Below, piece after piece: positions 1 through 8,833 of a stretch of 64,000 nucleotides of DNA (position 1 is the stretch's first letter; every line of letters begins with the position of its first letter). Made by a program: the position numbers and the translations under genes. A model generated the notes under the pieces. It made no database searches. It was not told the origin of the DNA and saw nothing but the letters and a program-made list of their open reading frames with translations. The stretch spans positions 3,233,436-3,297,435 of the forward strand of contig NZ_OZ246971.1 in the NCBI RefSeq assembly GCF_965232425.1, given 5' to 3'. Source of the DNA: Roseibium sp. Its GTDB lineage: Bacteria > Pseudomonadota > Alphaproteobacteria > Rhizobiales > Stappiaceae.

Positions 1-217
1 TCTTGACCTTCGACACGCGAAGTGTCCGGAGAACTTCATAACCGGACATATCCGGCAAGTTCAAATCCAACATGATGATGTCGTAATCGTACAGTTTGCC
101 GAGGTCGATGCCTTCCTCGCCCAAATCTGTCGTGTAGACGTTGAAGTTCTCGGACTTCAGCATCAACTCGATGCTCTGCGCTGTGGCGCTATCATCCTCA
201 ATCAACAATACACGCAT
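1..217 (-). CDS. ctrA: Cell-cycle response regulator CtrA, N-terminal 72 codons (gene runs off the window start)
   Basis: Manual reverse translation from the ATG (complement of 215-217) gives [72 protein letters not shown]. This is a receiver domain with the acceptor Asp in MLDLNLPD and is near-identical to remembered alphaproteobacterial CtrA N-termini. It is absent from the ORF track because the window edge cuts it. Confidence 0.85.
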   Translation of the reverse strand, partial: MRVLLIEDDSATAQSIELMLKSENFNVYTTDLGEEGIDLGKLYDYDIIMLDLNLPDMSGYEVLRTLRVSKVK

Positions 218-296
218 GCCAATCCCCTTGTTCTGCCTTTCCTGGGCAAGTCGCAACGGCTCTGTCGGTGCGCTACGAAGGACTGTTGTTAACCCC

Positions 297-541
297 GACT
301 CAAAGCTACCGGTTAATGGTTAACAAAATATGATTCGCAGCGGCAAGCTCCGAAGAAATGAATCTGTGAACAACGGGCAACTTGTTGAATCCCCAAAAAA
401 AACACGAATTCACAAAGCTTAATGTTGAACATTAAGAAACAGATCTAACCGATTCCGTTCAGATTCCTTTCGACAAAGCCGGTCTGACTTCGAAATGGCT
501 ATCGCTTGTCAGCCTTCCAAAGGTTAAGATTAACCAGACTC
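297..541. promoter_or_regulatory. ctrA/fliI divergent control region with seven GANTC (CcrM-type) sites and many GTTAAC/TTAA half-sites
   Basis: GANTC sites at 297, 332, 360, 387, 451, 462 and 537. TTAA-containing motifs at 288-293, 312-324, 418-436, 522-535 and 564-570. The stretch is AT-rich relative to its flanks. Confidence 0.5.
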
Positions 542-587
542 GTAAACGATCGGTTACCAAAACGGTTAACAGTGAAAGGAATTTCAT

Positions 588-1913
588 TTGAAGGCGCTTT
601 TTGCCGAGATTGATTCGCTTCTGCCGACCGAAATTTACGGGCGGGTCACGGCGGTTCAGGGCCTGCTGGTGGAAATCGCCGGCCCGATCCACGAGATGAG
701 CGTCGGCTCGCGTCTCCTGATCGACAATGGCGAGGACAACCCGAAGGTTCCCGCGGAAGTGGTCGGCTTCCGGGAGGACAAGGCGCTTTGCATGCCGTTC
801 TCCGGGCTTGAAGGCGTGCGCATGGGCTGCCGTGCGGTGATCAGTTCGCGCGAAAGCGTCGTCCATCCCGGGGACGCCTGGCTCGGGCGCGTCGTGAACG
901 CCCAGGGGGACCCCATCGACGGCAAGGGGCCGATCTCCGGTGGTGCGGTGCCCCGCAAATTGCGAAGTTCGCCGCCGCCGGCGTCCGAGCGGCAGAGGGT
1001 GGGGGCGCCGGTCGACCTGGGTGTGCGGGCGCTGAATACGTTTGTCACCTGCTGCGAAGGTCAGCGCATGGGCATTTTCGCCGGGTCCGGGGTCGGCAAG
1101 TCGGTTCTGATGTCGATGCTGGCACGCAACACCGATTGCGACGTTGCCGTCATCGGCCTGATCGGCGAGCGCGGCCGGGAAGTCCAGGAATTCATAGAAG
1201 ACGACCTGGGTGAAGACGGCCTGGCACGCTCCGTCGTCGTTGTCGCGACATCGGATGAGAGCGTGCTGATGCGCCGGCAGGCCGCCTATCTTGCCATGAC
1301 GGTCAGCGAGCACTTCCGGGACGAGGGCAAGAATGTTCTGTGCATGATGGATTCCGTCACGCGGTTTGCAATGGCGCAGCGGGAGATCGGTTTGTCCGTC
1401 GGTGAACCGCCGACATCCAAGGGTTATACGCCAACTGTTTTCACCGAGTTGCCGCGCCTTCTGGAACGGGCAGGTCCGGGCAGGACGGGTACGGGGTCGA
1501 TCACGGGTCTTTTCACGGTGCTTGTCGAGGGCGACAACCACAACGAACCGGTCGCGGATGCCGTGCGCGGGATCCTGGATGGTCATATCGTCATGGAGCG
1601 CGCGATTGCGGAACGTGGAAGATATCCCGCGATCAACGTGCTGAAATCCGTTTCGCGGACGATGCCGCGTTGCGTGCCGCCCGAGTATCAGCCTGTATTG
1701 CGCAAGGCGAGGCAGTTGCTGTCGACCTACACGGATATGGAAGAGCTCATCCGTCTCGGCGCCTACCGCAAGGGATCGGACCCCACCGTTGACGAGGCAA
1801 TCCACAGGTTCGAACTCATCGACGACTTCCTGAATCAGGGAAAGGACGAGGCGACGTCACTTTCTGAAGGTTATTTGCATCTTGCCAACCTTTTGGAAAT
1901 GACTCCGGGGTAG
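588..1913 (+). CDS. fliI: Flagellum-specific ATPase FliI (TTG start as in the ORF track)
   Basis: 441-aa ORF with Walker A GSGVGKS and the F1/T3SS-ATPase-like run [14 protein letters not shown]...GERGREV...[53 protein letters not shown] lies 7 nt upstream of the start. Confidence 0.9.
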   Translation: MKALFAEIDSLLPTEIYGRVTAVQGLLVEIAGPIHEMSVGSRLLIDNGEDNPKVPAEVVGFREDKALCMPFSGLEGVRMGCRAVISSRESVVHPGDAWLGRVVNAQGDPIDGKGPISGGAVPRKLRSSPPPASERQRVGAPVDLGVRALNTFVTCCEGQRMGIFAGSGVGKSVLMSMLARNTDCDVAVIGLIGERGREVQEFIEDDLGEDGLARSVVVVATSDESVLMRRQAAYLAMTVSEHFRDEGKNVLCMMDSVTRFAMAQREIGLSVGEPPTSKGYTPTVFTELPRLLERAGPGRTGTGSITGLFTVLVEGDNHNEPVADAVRGILDGHIVMERAIAERGRYPAINVLKSVSRTMPRCVPPEYQPVLRKARQLLSTYTDMEELIRLGAYRKGSDPTVDEAIHRFELIDDFLNQGKDEATSLSEGYLHLANLLEMTPG

Positions 1914-1941
1914 ACTGCCCATGTTAGGGGAGTATTGAGTT

Positions 1942-2349
1942 ATGAAAACCCGCGACAGTTTGATCCGTTTGAAGCGGTTTCAAGTTGATGAAAAACGGCG
2001 CCAGCTGGCTCAGATCGAGAGCATGATTGCCGAGTTCAATCGCATGGCCGATGAACTGGACGATCAGATCCGGACCGAGCAGGAACGCGTCGGCATCACG
2101 GATGTCACCCATTTTGCGTATCCGACCTTTGCCAAGGCCGCAGCCGACCGGCGCGACAATCTGCGCAACTCCGCGCATGAGCTCGATGATCAGCTCCAGC
2201 GTGCGCAGGACGAATTGAGTACCGCAATCGAAGAGCTGAAAAAGTTCGAACAATTGGAAGAACGCGACCATCAGCGTGAGCGCACGGCCCAGGAAATGGC
2301 CGAGCAGGAACAGCTCGACGAAGTTGCCGCAAGAGCGCGCCTCAGATAG
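1942..2349 (+). CDS. fliJ: Flagellar export chaperone-like protein FliJ
   Basis: 135-aa charged coiled-coil protein (MKTRDSLIRLKRFQVDEKRRQLAQIE...) immediately downstream of fliI, the conserved position of fliJ. Confidence 0.75.
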   Translation: MKTRDSLIRLKRFQVDEKRRQLAQIESMIAEFNRMADELDDQIRTEQERVGITDVTHFAYPTFAKAAADRRDNLRNSAHELDDQLQRAQDELSTAIEELKKFEQLEERDHQRERTAQEMAEQEQLDEVAARARLR

Positions 2350-2370
2350 CGCGCAGGCCTTCCTCCCCAG

Positions 2371-2395
2371 GCCGGGCATCTCGATCATGCCCGGC
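2371..2395 (+). terminator. GC-rich hairpin after fliJ (possible terminator, no T-run)
   Basis: GCCGGGCAT-ctcgatc-ATGCCCGGC is a perfect 9-bp stem located 22 nt after the fliJ stop. A T6 run follows at about 2441-2446. Confidence 0.3.
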
Positions 2396-2561
2396 GGCCA
2401 ACATGCCCGTCTCCCTGACCGCATAATCCGGCGATCGGGGTTTTTTCGTGAAAATTGTATTTTATCGGTGGTTCAGCGGCGTTGCGCGTTGCAATCCGGG
2501 CACCGCGGCGACAATTGTCTCTGATGACGTTTTTTTTTACGCCACGGAGCGCCCCATTCCA

Positions 2562-2996
2562 ATGAAACTGTTTCTGGCCTTGTTGTTGCCATTGTCCACA
2601 TTTTCGTTTGCGCTCGGGCTGACCCAACCCCTCATGCGGTTTGAAAAGCTCTACTTTCTCGAAGAGCGTCCGAGCCTCATCGAATTGATCCTGGAGCTCT
2701 GGAAGCAGGGGGACGTGGCCCTTGCGTCCGTTGTCGGGCTTTTCTCGGTCGGGTTTCCGGCCGTGAAGATCGCGCTCATCCATGTCGCCGCGTTTACCGG
2801 TGGCTCGTCCCGTTCCCTTGCGCTGCTTTCCACGGTCGGCAAATGGTCCATGCTGGACGTGATGCTCGTCGCGCTGGTCCTGTTCGCGGCGAAGACAAGC
2901 GGTCTGGCAGCGGCGACAATTTTGCCGGGACTGTGGTTTTACGCCGGAGCAACGCTCACCACGGCTGCAGCAGCCAGCATTTGCAAACGGATCTAG
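2562..2996 (+). CDS. Small PqiA-family (paraquat-inducible protein A-like) membrane protein
   Basis: Hydrophobic ORF (MKLFLALLLPLSTFSFALG...KWSMLDVMLVALVLFAAK) resembling a single PqiA repeat. I prefer the ATG at 2562 over the GTG at 2448. The stop TAG (2994-2996) lies inside the left end of the repeat element. Confidence 0.55.
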   Translation: MKLFLALLLPLSTFSFALGLTQPLMRFEKLYFLEERPSLIELILELWKQGDVALASVVGLFSVGFPAVKIALIHVAAFTGGSSRSLALLSTVGKWSMLDVMLVALVLFAAKTSGLAAATILPGLWFYAGATLTTAAAASICKRI

Positions 2997-3262
2997 GGTG
3001 CGGACCCATAAATGAAGCCGATTTGGCGGTAGAAATGGCAAAATCTCGCGAGGAAGCGTGTGCAGAGCGGGCTTTATGCCCGGTCAAGCGCGGTGACGCT
3101 GCGAGGTGAAGCCATTTTGCCGTCCTTCGGATTTGGCCGTTTTGGCCATCTGCTGCGTCGCGAAAGGCTTGAAAATGAAACACATTTCCTGCGCTTTCGC
3201 TCCTCGCAGTTGGTCAAAACGATCCAAACCAAATTCTCTTCATTTATGGGTCCGTACCCTAG
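2993..3262 (+). mobile_element. MITE-like non-autonomous element, copy A (270 bp, about 25-bp terminal inverted repeats, CTAG at both ends)
   Basis: The left end is CTAGGGTGCGGACCCATAAATGAAG. The reverse complement of the right end is CTAGGGTACGGACCCATAAATGAAG, a 24/25 match. A second full-length copy lies at 14749-15018. No ORF inside shows coding-type conservation. Confidence 0.75.
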
Positions 3263-3295
3263 GGTACGGATTTCAGCCGGGACTGCTGTTCGGGT

Positions 3296-4369
3296 TCAGT
3301 TCTTGTCGCGCCGGCGCGCCTGAAAGTCGTCGCAGCGGCCTTCCCTGGCCTTGGCAGCGTCCGCGATCTGCTTCGCATAGGCCGATGTCCACTCGCCTCC
3401 TTGTGCTGCAGGAAGCTTGAGGTGCGCACAGCGCGCCTTGGCAAGCAGGGCGAATGCCGGAACGTCCAGCCCGGCCTTGAGGGCCGTTCTAATGACCACG
3501 TCGCGTTTGCCGTTGAACATGGCATCCTTGAGCGCGGATTGCGCGATCCTGCCTCTTGCCCCCATCAATTCGATCGCGTGATGAAAGCGCCCATCCTGCA
3601 AGAGCAGGATCATGAGTTCATCCAGTGTCACCGCCGAGCGCTCAGCTTCCCTCCACAGGCTGCCGACGTCCTGGTTGCCCAGGGCTTCGCCGAACGTCTT
3701 GCGCAATACCTTCAGCCGCGCGATCTGGTCGAGCTGTTCCTTGGAGAGGGACCCCTCGATGACGTTGCGCAGCTTCTTCTTGGTCTCATCGTCGACAAGC
3801 GGCAGCAATTCCTGGCACACGGCAGGCGGCAGGTCGGCCCTTTGTGCAAGCCCGTCCCGTAGCGTGCTGTCTTCAGCGGCAAGTTTGACGAGGCCGTTCA
3901 TGGTCTCGCGCGACAGCGTTATGTGCTTGTTCGCTGCAAGTATCCTGAGAACGGCTGCGCTTCCTTTCGCGGCAAGAGCGTCGGAAACCTCGACGGGCAA
4001 ATCCTTGCGGCGCGCCAGAACCTGTATGTGCTCCTCGCTGACCTGTTCGACGAGGTCCAGAAGGTCCTGTCTTGTCAGCGTCTGGCTTTCCGCCAGGACC
4101 GGCATGGCGATCTTCACCTCGTCCCGTGCGATCCTGCGGAGCAGGTCTGCCGGACTTTGTGTGCTCGGAGCGAGTTTCTGGGCCAGTTGCAGCCGGTCAT
4201 CGGTGGCGCTGCTGCCGTAAAGCTTCAGCATCACTTCCGCGAACAGCTCAAGCTCAGAGTCGGATCTGTCGTCCAGATCCGTCGCGACAAGCCTGCTGAC
4301 CTCGGCAAACAGTTTCTGCCTCGCCTCTGCAGTCTCATCTTTTGCAAGCCTGATGAGTGAACTGGGCAT
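3296..4369 (-). CDS. DUF2336-like protein (conserved alphaproteobacterial, function unknown)
   Basis: 357-aa helical-repeat protein starting MPSSLIRLAKDETAEARQKLFAEVSRLV. The ATG at 4369 is preceded by GGAGGA. The ORF-track start at 4447 would add 26 unlikely residues. Confidence 0.6.
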   Translation of the reverse strand: MPSSLIRLAKDETAEARQKLFAEVSRLVATDLDDRSDSELELFAEVMLKLYGSSATDDRLQLAQKLAPSTQSPADLLRRIARDEVKIAMPVLAESQTLTRQDLLDLVEQVSEEHIQVLARRKDLPVEVSDALAAKGSAAVLRILAANKHITLSRETMNGLVKLAAEDSTLRDGLAQRADLPPAVCQELLPLVDDETKKKLRNVIEGSLSKEQLDQIARLKVLRKTFGEALGNQDVGSLWREAERSAVTLDELMILLLQDGRFHHAIELMGARGRIAQSALKDAMFNGKRDVVIRTALKAGLDVPAFALLAKARCAHLKLPAAQGGEWTSAYAKQIADAAKAREGRCDDFQARRRDKN

Positions 4370-4658
4370 TTTTCCTCCGTTCGAGGAATGATTAGTCAAT
4401 ATTGTTATTTTTACGTTACCGAAAAGTGGCGCTCCAGTAGTTTGCATGCGTAGTCTTCAGCGGGGCGTCGAAAAGCGCGAATAGTGATGCAATTGTTTGA
4501 TCAGGTTTAAGAATCTCTCGAAAATCCGCGTTCCCAAATTCTCGTTCTTCGAAAACCGTTGAATGTAAAGGCAAATGGCTTTCCTTTTTGCAAGGTTCCT
4601 TTCTATTGTTCGGAAGTGAAAGAGTGCGCTCTTCGCGCGTCAACAAAGCGAATTCGAC

Positions 4659-6968
4659 ATGAAGTTCATGCGCCTGTGCCTTGCCGTGTTTTTCGGGGCC
4701 TTTCTGTGGTCGGTGGTTCCTGCTGCCGGACAGAGTGAAAGTGCGGCTCCCGCCGAAGGAAGTGCGTCCGCCGAAGCGCCCGATGTCAAGCAGGCGAGCG
4801 AGGCGCTGATCAAGATCCTGAACGACCCGAAGAGCCGCGACGAGCTGATCGAGCTTCTGAAAAAGAATGCCGAGGCTGAACAGACGGCGTCCGGGACGGG
4901 CACGGAAGAGGGCAGCCCGGCGCCGCCCCCGGAGGCGGGCGCGGATGACACCGTGTCGGCGGGGCAGAGTTTTGTCATTCGCGTGGGTGAGTACACGCGG
5001 GCCGTTGCAGATGAAATCGGCGTTGTTCTGGATCGCTCGCGCCACTCGCTCAGAGGGCTCCTGCTGGTCCTGCGAGGCGACATTCCGATCAAATGGGACC
5101 GGGTGCAGGAGGTTCTCCTGCAAGTGGCGATCGTCCTGGTGGCTGCCTATGCCGCGTTCCTGGCTGCACAATTCGTGGCACGGCTGATCTATCCTAAAAT
5201 GTCGGTCCGCGCGCGCTACGGTGGCGGACTGATGCGCGCCGGTATCCTGCTGGTGACGACGACGATCGATGCGACCACCGTGGCGATCGGGCTCGGTGTC
5301 GGCTACCTGGTGGCGCTGACGGGGTTCGGCGGTCTTGAAACCGGCGTCACGATCCAGGAGAGCCTTGCGCTCAACGCGTTCTTCATCACGGGCATGTCGA
5401 ATGTCGCGCTGCGCTTCGTGTTCGCGCCCAAGCGGCCGGAACTGCGCTTGCTGCCGTTTTCCGACAATGGCGCGGATTACTGGTACTCCCGGCTCCGGAT
5501 CTACATGTACTGGAACAATTTCGGCGTTTTTCTGGCGGTGCCTGCCGCCAATCTCGCCGTCTCGTTCGTGCTCGGCAATGCGCTCCGGTTCATCATCGTG
5601 CTCACCGGCATGCTCTACCTGATGGTGCTGATCAAGCGAAACCGGGTCAGCGTCCGCGAGGGTGCGAAAGCCTATGCCGAGACCATGCACACCACCCTTG
5701 CGCAAAGGGCGCTCGCCAATCTGGGCAATCTCTGGCACGTCGGCGCCTACGGATACATCATCGCAGTGTTTCTCGTCTGGGTGACGCGCCCCTTCGACGC
5801 GACGACGATTATCCTGCGGGCAACGGCGCTTTCCATCGTGACCATCATGGCCGGCATGCTGCTGTCGCTGGTCATGACCCGGGCCATCAAGGGCGGCATC
5901 AGGCTGCCGGAAGACCTGCACCAGAAGCTTCCGGCGCTTCAGTACCGGCTCAACGCTTTCGTGCCGCGCCTGTTGAAGATCATCCGCTTCGTGGTGTTCC
6001 TCGGAACGATCCTGCTGCTGCTCGACATCTGGGGCCTTCTGGCGGTGATCGACTGGTTCTACAGCGAGACCGGGTCCGCGCTGGTGAGCAGCTACGGGGC
6101 GGCGGTCATGGTGCTGCTGGTTGCCTTCCTGATCTGGCTTGCGGTGATGTCCTGGGTGGATCTGCGCCTGCAGTCGCGCGCGGGCTATATCGTCAGCGCG
6201 CGCGAGCGAACCCTGTTCCAGCTGTTCCGCAACGCGTTCACCATCATCATCATGGTGATGGCGGCGCTACTGGCGCTGTCGGAAATCGGGGTGAATATCG
6301 GCCCGCTGATCGCCGGTGCCGGCGTGGTCGGCCTGGCGATTTCCTTCGGTGCGCAGACGCTGGTTAAGGACATCATCACCGGTGCCTTCATCCAGATCGA
6401 GAACGCGATCAACGAAGGCGACGTGGTCACGGTTGCCGGCATTACCGGCACGGTGGAAGGCATCACCATCCGCTCGGTCCGGATCAGGGACCTCGATGGC
6501 ACGACGCATATCATTCCGTTTTCCTCCGTCGACATGGTGTCGAACTTCATGCGCGGCTTTTCCTATCACGTCGCGCTTATCGGTGTTTCCTACGACACCG
6601 ACATTGCCTACGCCAAGGAGGCGATGGTCGAGGCGTTCAGGCGCCTGCAGGAGACCGATTTCAAGTCCAAGATCTTCGGCGATCTGGAAATGCACGGCGT
6701 GACCATGTTCGGTGCGAGTTCGATCGATATCCGCGCCCGGATCAAGACGACGCCGGGCGACCAGTGGAGCATCGGGCGAGCCTACAACGAATACATCAAG
6801 CAGGTGTTCGACGAGCGGAACATTGAAATCCCGTTCCCGCAGGTCACCTACCATGCCGCGACACCCCCCTATGCGGCCGAGACCGCGCTGCAGAAGGCCG
6901 GCGGCAAAACGAAAGAGAAGACACCCGAACCGACGGACGATGCGCCGCCGGAAGAGGATGGGCGCTGA
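4659..6968 (+). CDS. Mechanosensitive ion channel family protein (large MscS/MscK-like, with signal peptide)
   Basis: 769 aa with an N-terminal signal (MKFMRLCLAVFFGAFLWSVVPAAG), many TM helices and the MscS core GAQTLVKDIITGAFIQIENAINEGDVVTVAGITGTVEGITIRSVRIRDLDGTTHIIPFS. Confidence 0.85.
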   Translation: MKFMRLCLAVFFGAFLWSVVPAAGQSESAAPAEGSASAEAPDVKQASEALIKILNDPKSRDELIELLKKNAEAEQTASGTGTEEGSPAPPPEAGADDTVSAGQSFVIRVGEYTRAVADEIGVVLDRSRHSLRGLLLVLRGDIPIKWDRVQEVLLQVAIVLVAAYAAFLAAQFVARLIYPKMSVRARYGGGLMRAGILLVTTTIDATTVAIGLGVGYLVALTGFGGLETGVTIQESLALNAFFITGMSNVALRFVFAPKRPELRLLPFSDNGADYWYSRLRIYMYWNNFGVFLAVPAANLAVSFVLGNALRFIIVLTGMLYLMVLIKRNRVSVREGAKAYAETMHTTLAQRALANLGNLWHVGAYGYIIAVFLVWVTRPFDATTIILRATALSIVTIMAGMLLSLVMTRAIKGGIRLPEDLHQKLPALQYRLNAFVPRLLKIIRFVVFLGTILLLLDIWGLLAVIDWFYSETGSALVSSYGAAVMVLLVAFLIWLAVMSWVDLRLQSRAGYIVSARERTLFQLFRNAFTIIIMVMAALLALSEIGVNIGPLIAGAGVVGLAISFGAQTLVKDIITGAFIQIENAINEGDVVTVAGITGTVEGITIRSVRIRDLDGTTHIIPFSSVDMVSNFMRGFSYHVALIGVSYDTDIAYAKEAMVEAFRRLQETDFKSKIFGDLEMHGVTMFGASSIDIRARIKTTPGDQWSIGRAYNEYIKQVFDERNIEIPFPQVTYHAATPPYAAETALQKAGGKTKEKTPEPTDDAPPEEDGR

Positions 6969-7170
6969 GGGCCGTGTTTCGAACCCCGGCATCCGGGCAG
7001 GAATGACCGACCTGATCTGACGTTGTTTATCCGCGGCAATTTGCATGCGCGGGATGTTGCCTCACTGCAAACGCCACCACCATCTTTTCAAACACCTGTG
7101 GCGTGCGTTCAACCGCGCGCAATGGTGCACGTGCGGTTTGGCGCGGAAGATTTTCTGATTGTTGATTGAA

Positions 7171-7197
7171 TTTCGCAAAGTTTCGCTTTATTTTCGT
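7171..7197 (+). promoter_or_regulatory. Three helically phased TTTCG(C/T) direct repeats upstream of glpD
   Basis: TTTCGC at 7171, TTTCGC at 7181 and TTTCGT at 7192 (10-11 bp spacing), 44-70 bp upstream of the glpD ATG. Confidence 0.3.
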
Positions 7198-7240
7198 TTC
7201 AGGATGATTGCGCATATCAATTCGAGCCGGAGACGAGGCT

Positions 7241-8761
7241 ATGGCGGCTGACTACGACCTGTTGGTAATCGGGGGGGGCATTAACGGAACCGGGATCGCC
7301 CGGGATGCGGTCGGACGCGGGGCATCCGTCCTTCTGGCCGAGATGGGGGATCTGGCCGGAGCGACTTCGTCGGCTTCCACCAAACTGATCCATGGCGGGC
7401 TCCGCTACCTGGAATATTACGAGTTCGACCTGGTCCGCAAAGCGCTCAAGGAACGGGAGGTCCTCTGGGCCATCGCGCCGCATATCGCCTGGCCGCTGCG
7501 GTTCATTCTGCCGCACCACAAGGACCTGCGTCCGGCCTGGCTGCTGCGCCTCGGGCTGTTCATGTATGACCATCTGGGCGGCCGCAAGCGTCTGCCCGCG
7601 ACCAAGACGGTGCGGCTCGATCAGGCACCTTTTTCGCAAGGCCTGAAGAAGCTGTTCCACAAGGGGTTCGAATATTCAGATTGCTGGGTCGACGATGCAC
7701 GTCTTGTCGTTCTCAACGCACGCGATGCCGCCGACCGGGGTGCGGAGATCCTGACGCGGACAAAATGCGTGAGCGCCCGCCGCGACGGCGACAAGTGGAC
7801 GGTCACGCTGAAGGATCTCGCCACGGGAGACGAAAGGACGGTCACGGCCGGGACCCTCGTCAACGCGGCCGGGCCCTGGGTTGCCGATTTTCTGCACGGT
7901 GTGGTTGGCGAAAACGACACGTCCGGGATCCGGCTGGTCAAGGGAAGCCATATCATCGTGCCGCGCCAGTTCGATCACGACCGCTGTTTCATTTTCCAGA
8001 ACGGTGACGGCCGGATCGTCTTCGCAATTCCCTATGAGCAGGACTTCACGCTGATCGGGACGACGGATGTCGACTACCAGGACGATCTCAGCGACGTGCG
8101 CATTTCCGAGGACGAGGTGTCCTACCTGTGCGCCGCCGCGAGCGAATACCTGGAAAAGAAGATCACCCCTGAAGACGTGGTGCATACCTATTCCGGTGTC
8201 AGGCCGCTTTACGACGACGGCGCCAAGGACGCGAAAGCGGCGACCCGCGACTATGTTCTCGAAGTGGATGGTGACAGCGAACGGCCGGTGGTCCTGTCCG
8301 TTTTCGGTGGCAAGATCACGACCTACCGGAAGCTGGCCGAGCAGGTGCTGGCCAAGCTCGAGGATTTCGTTCCGTTCAAGAGCGGTGTCTGGACGTCAGA
8401 AAAGCCGCTGCCGGGCGGGGGATTCAAGGTCGATGCGTTCGACGCCGAGGTGTCCGGACTGGAACGCGACTATCCGTTCCTGGATACCGGTTTTGCCACG
8501 CGGCTGGTCCGTCTCTACGGAACGGATGCACGCCGCATCCTGGGCGAGGCCGCTTCGCTGGAAGATCTCGGAAAGGCGTTCGGTTCCAATCTCCATGAGG
8601 CGGAAGTCAAGTGGCTGATGGAGCGGGAGTGGGCGCGCACGGCCGAAGACGTGCTGTGGCGGCGCACGAAACTCGGGCTGCGCCTCGGCAAACAGGAAGT
8701 GGACGCTCTCGATGCCTACATGTCCGGCCATCTTGCAGACCGGACCGGGGCTGCGGCATAG
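7241..8761 (+). CDS. glpD: Aerobic sn-glycerol-3-phosphate dehydrogenase
   Basis: FAD fold MAADYDLLVIGGGINGTGIARDAVGRGASVLLAE followed by ATSSASTKLIHGGLRYLE, characteristic of GlpD. It is adjacent to glpK. I prefer the ATG at 7241 over the ORF-track start at 7208. Confidence 0.9.
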   Translation: MAADYDLLVIGGGINGTGIARDAVGRGASVLLAEMGDLAGATSSASTKLIHGGLRYLEYYEFDLVRKALKEREVLWAIAPHIAWPLRFILPHHKDLRPAWLLRLGLFMYDHLGGRKRLPATKTVRLDQAPFSQGLKKLFHKGFEYSDCWVDDARLVVLNARDAADRGAEILTRTKCVSARRDGDKWTVTLKDLATGDERTVTAGTLVNAAGPWVADFLHGVVGENDTSGIRLVKGSHIIVPRQFDHDRCFIFQNGDGRIVFAIPYEQDFTLIGTTDVDYQDDLSDVRISEDEVSYLCAAASEYLEKKITPEDVVHTYSGVRPLYDDGAKDAKAATRDYVLEVDGDSERPVVLSVFGGKITTYRKLAEQVLAKLEDFVPFKSGVWTSEKPLPGGGFKVDAFDAEVSGLERDYPFLDTGFATRLVRLYGTDARRILGEAASLEDLGKAFGSNLHEAEVKWLMEREWARTAEDVLWRRTKLGLRLGKQEVDALDAYMSGHLADRTGAAA

Positions 8762-8833
8762 TCGGAGCGGATTTCAGGCTGCCGGGCGCGCCGGCAGTTC
8801 TTCTCAACAAGCAATAAAAGTGGGAGGTGCGCC

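Noticed and set aside
218-587. Canonical CtrA boxes (TTAA-N7-TTAA) in the ctrA-fliI intergenic region
   Set aside because: I checked the spacing of every TTAA/TTAC pair. The observed spacings are N2, N3, N8 and N9, never N7. Only half-sites and variant spacings can be claimed.
459-1805. 448-aa ORF antisense to fliI
   Set aside because: It mirrors a well-supported gene. It is Arg/Pro/Gly/His-rich with no recognisable motifs. This is the typical open antisense frame of high-GC DNA.
3060-3323. Short ORFs inside the 270-bp repeat (also 2956-3183, 3106-3420, 14768-15136 and 14749-14988)
   Set aside because: Between the two element copies most nucleotide differences change the encoded amino acid, so there is no sign of purifying selection. 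The ORFs run through the inverted-repeat ends.
4416-5921. 501-aa ORF antisense to the MscS-family gene. The same class of ORF occurs at 8873-10219, 12793-13497, 17192-18331, 19368-20588, 22307-23248, 29340-30674, 31316-32749, 32941-34071, 35503-36363, 40165-side frames, 45434-46957, 49305-50681, 51620-52741, 52761-54107 and 61069-61851.
   Set aside because: All overlap motif-bearing genes on the opposite strand. All have biased Arg/Gly/Pro/Asp composition and lack start-site signals. I treat them as GC-driven shadow ORFs.
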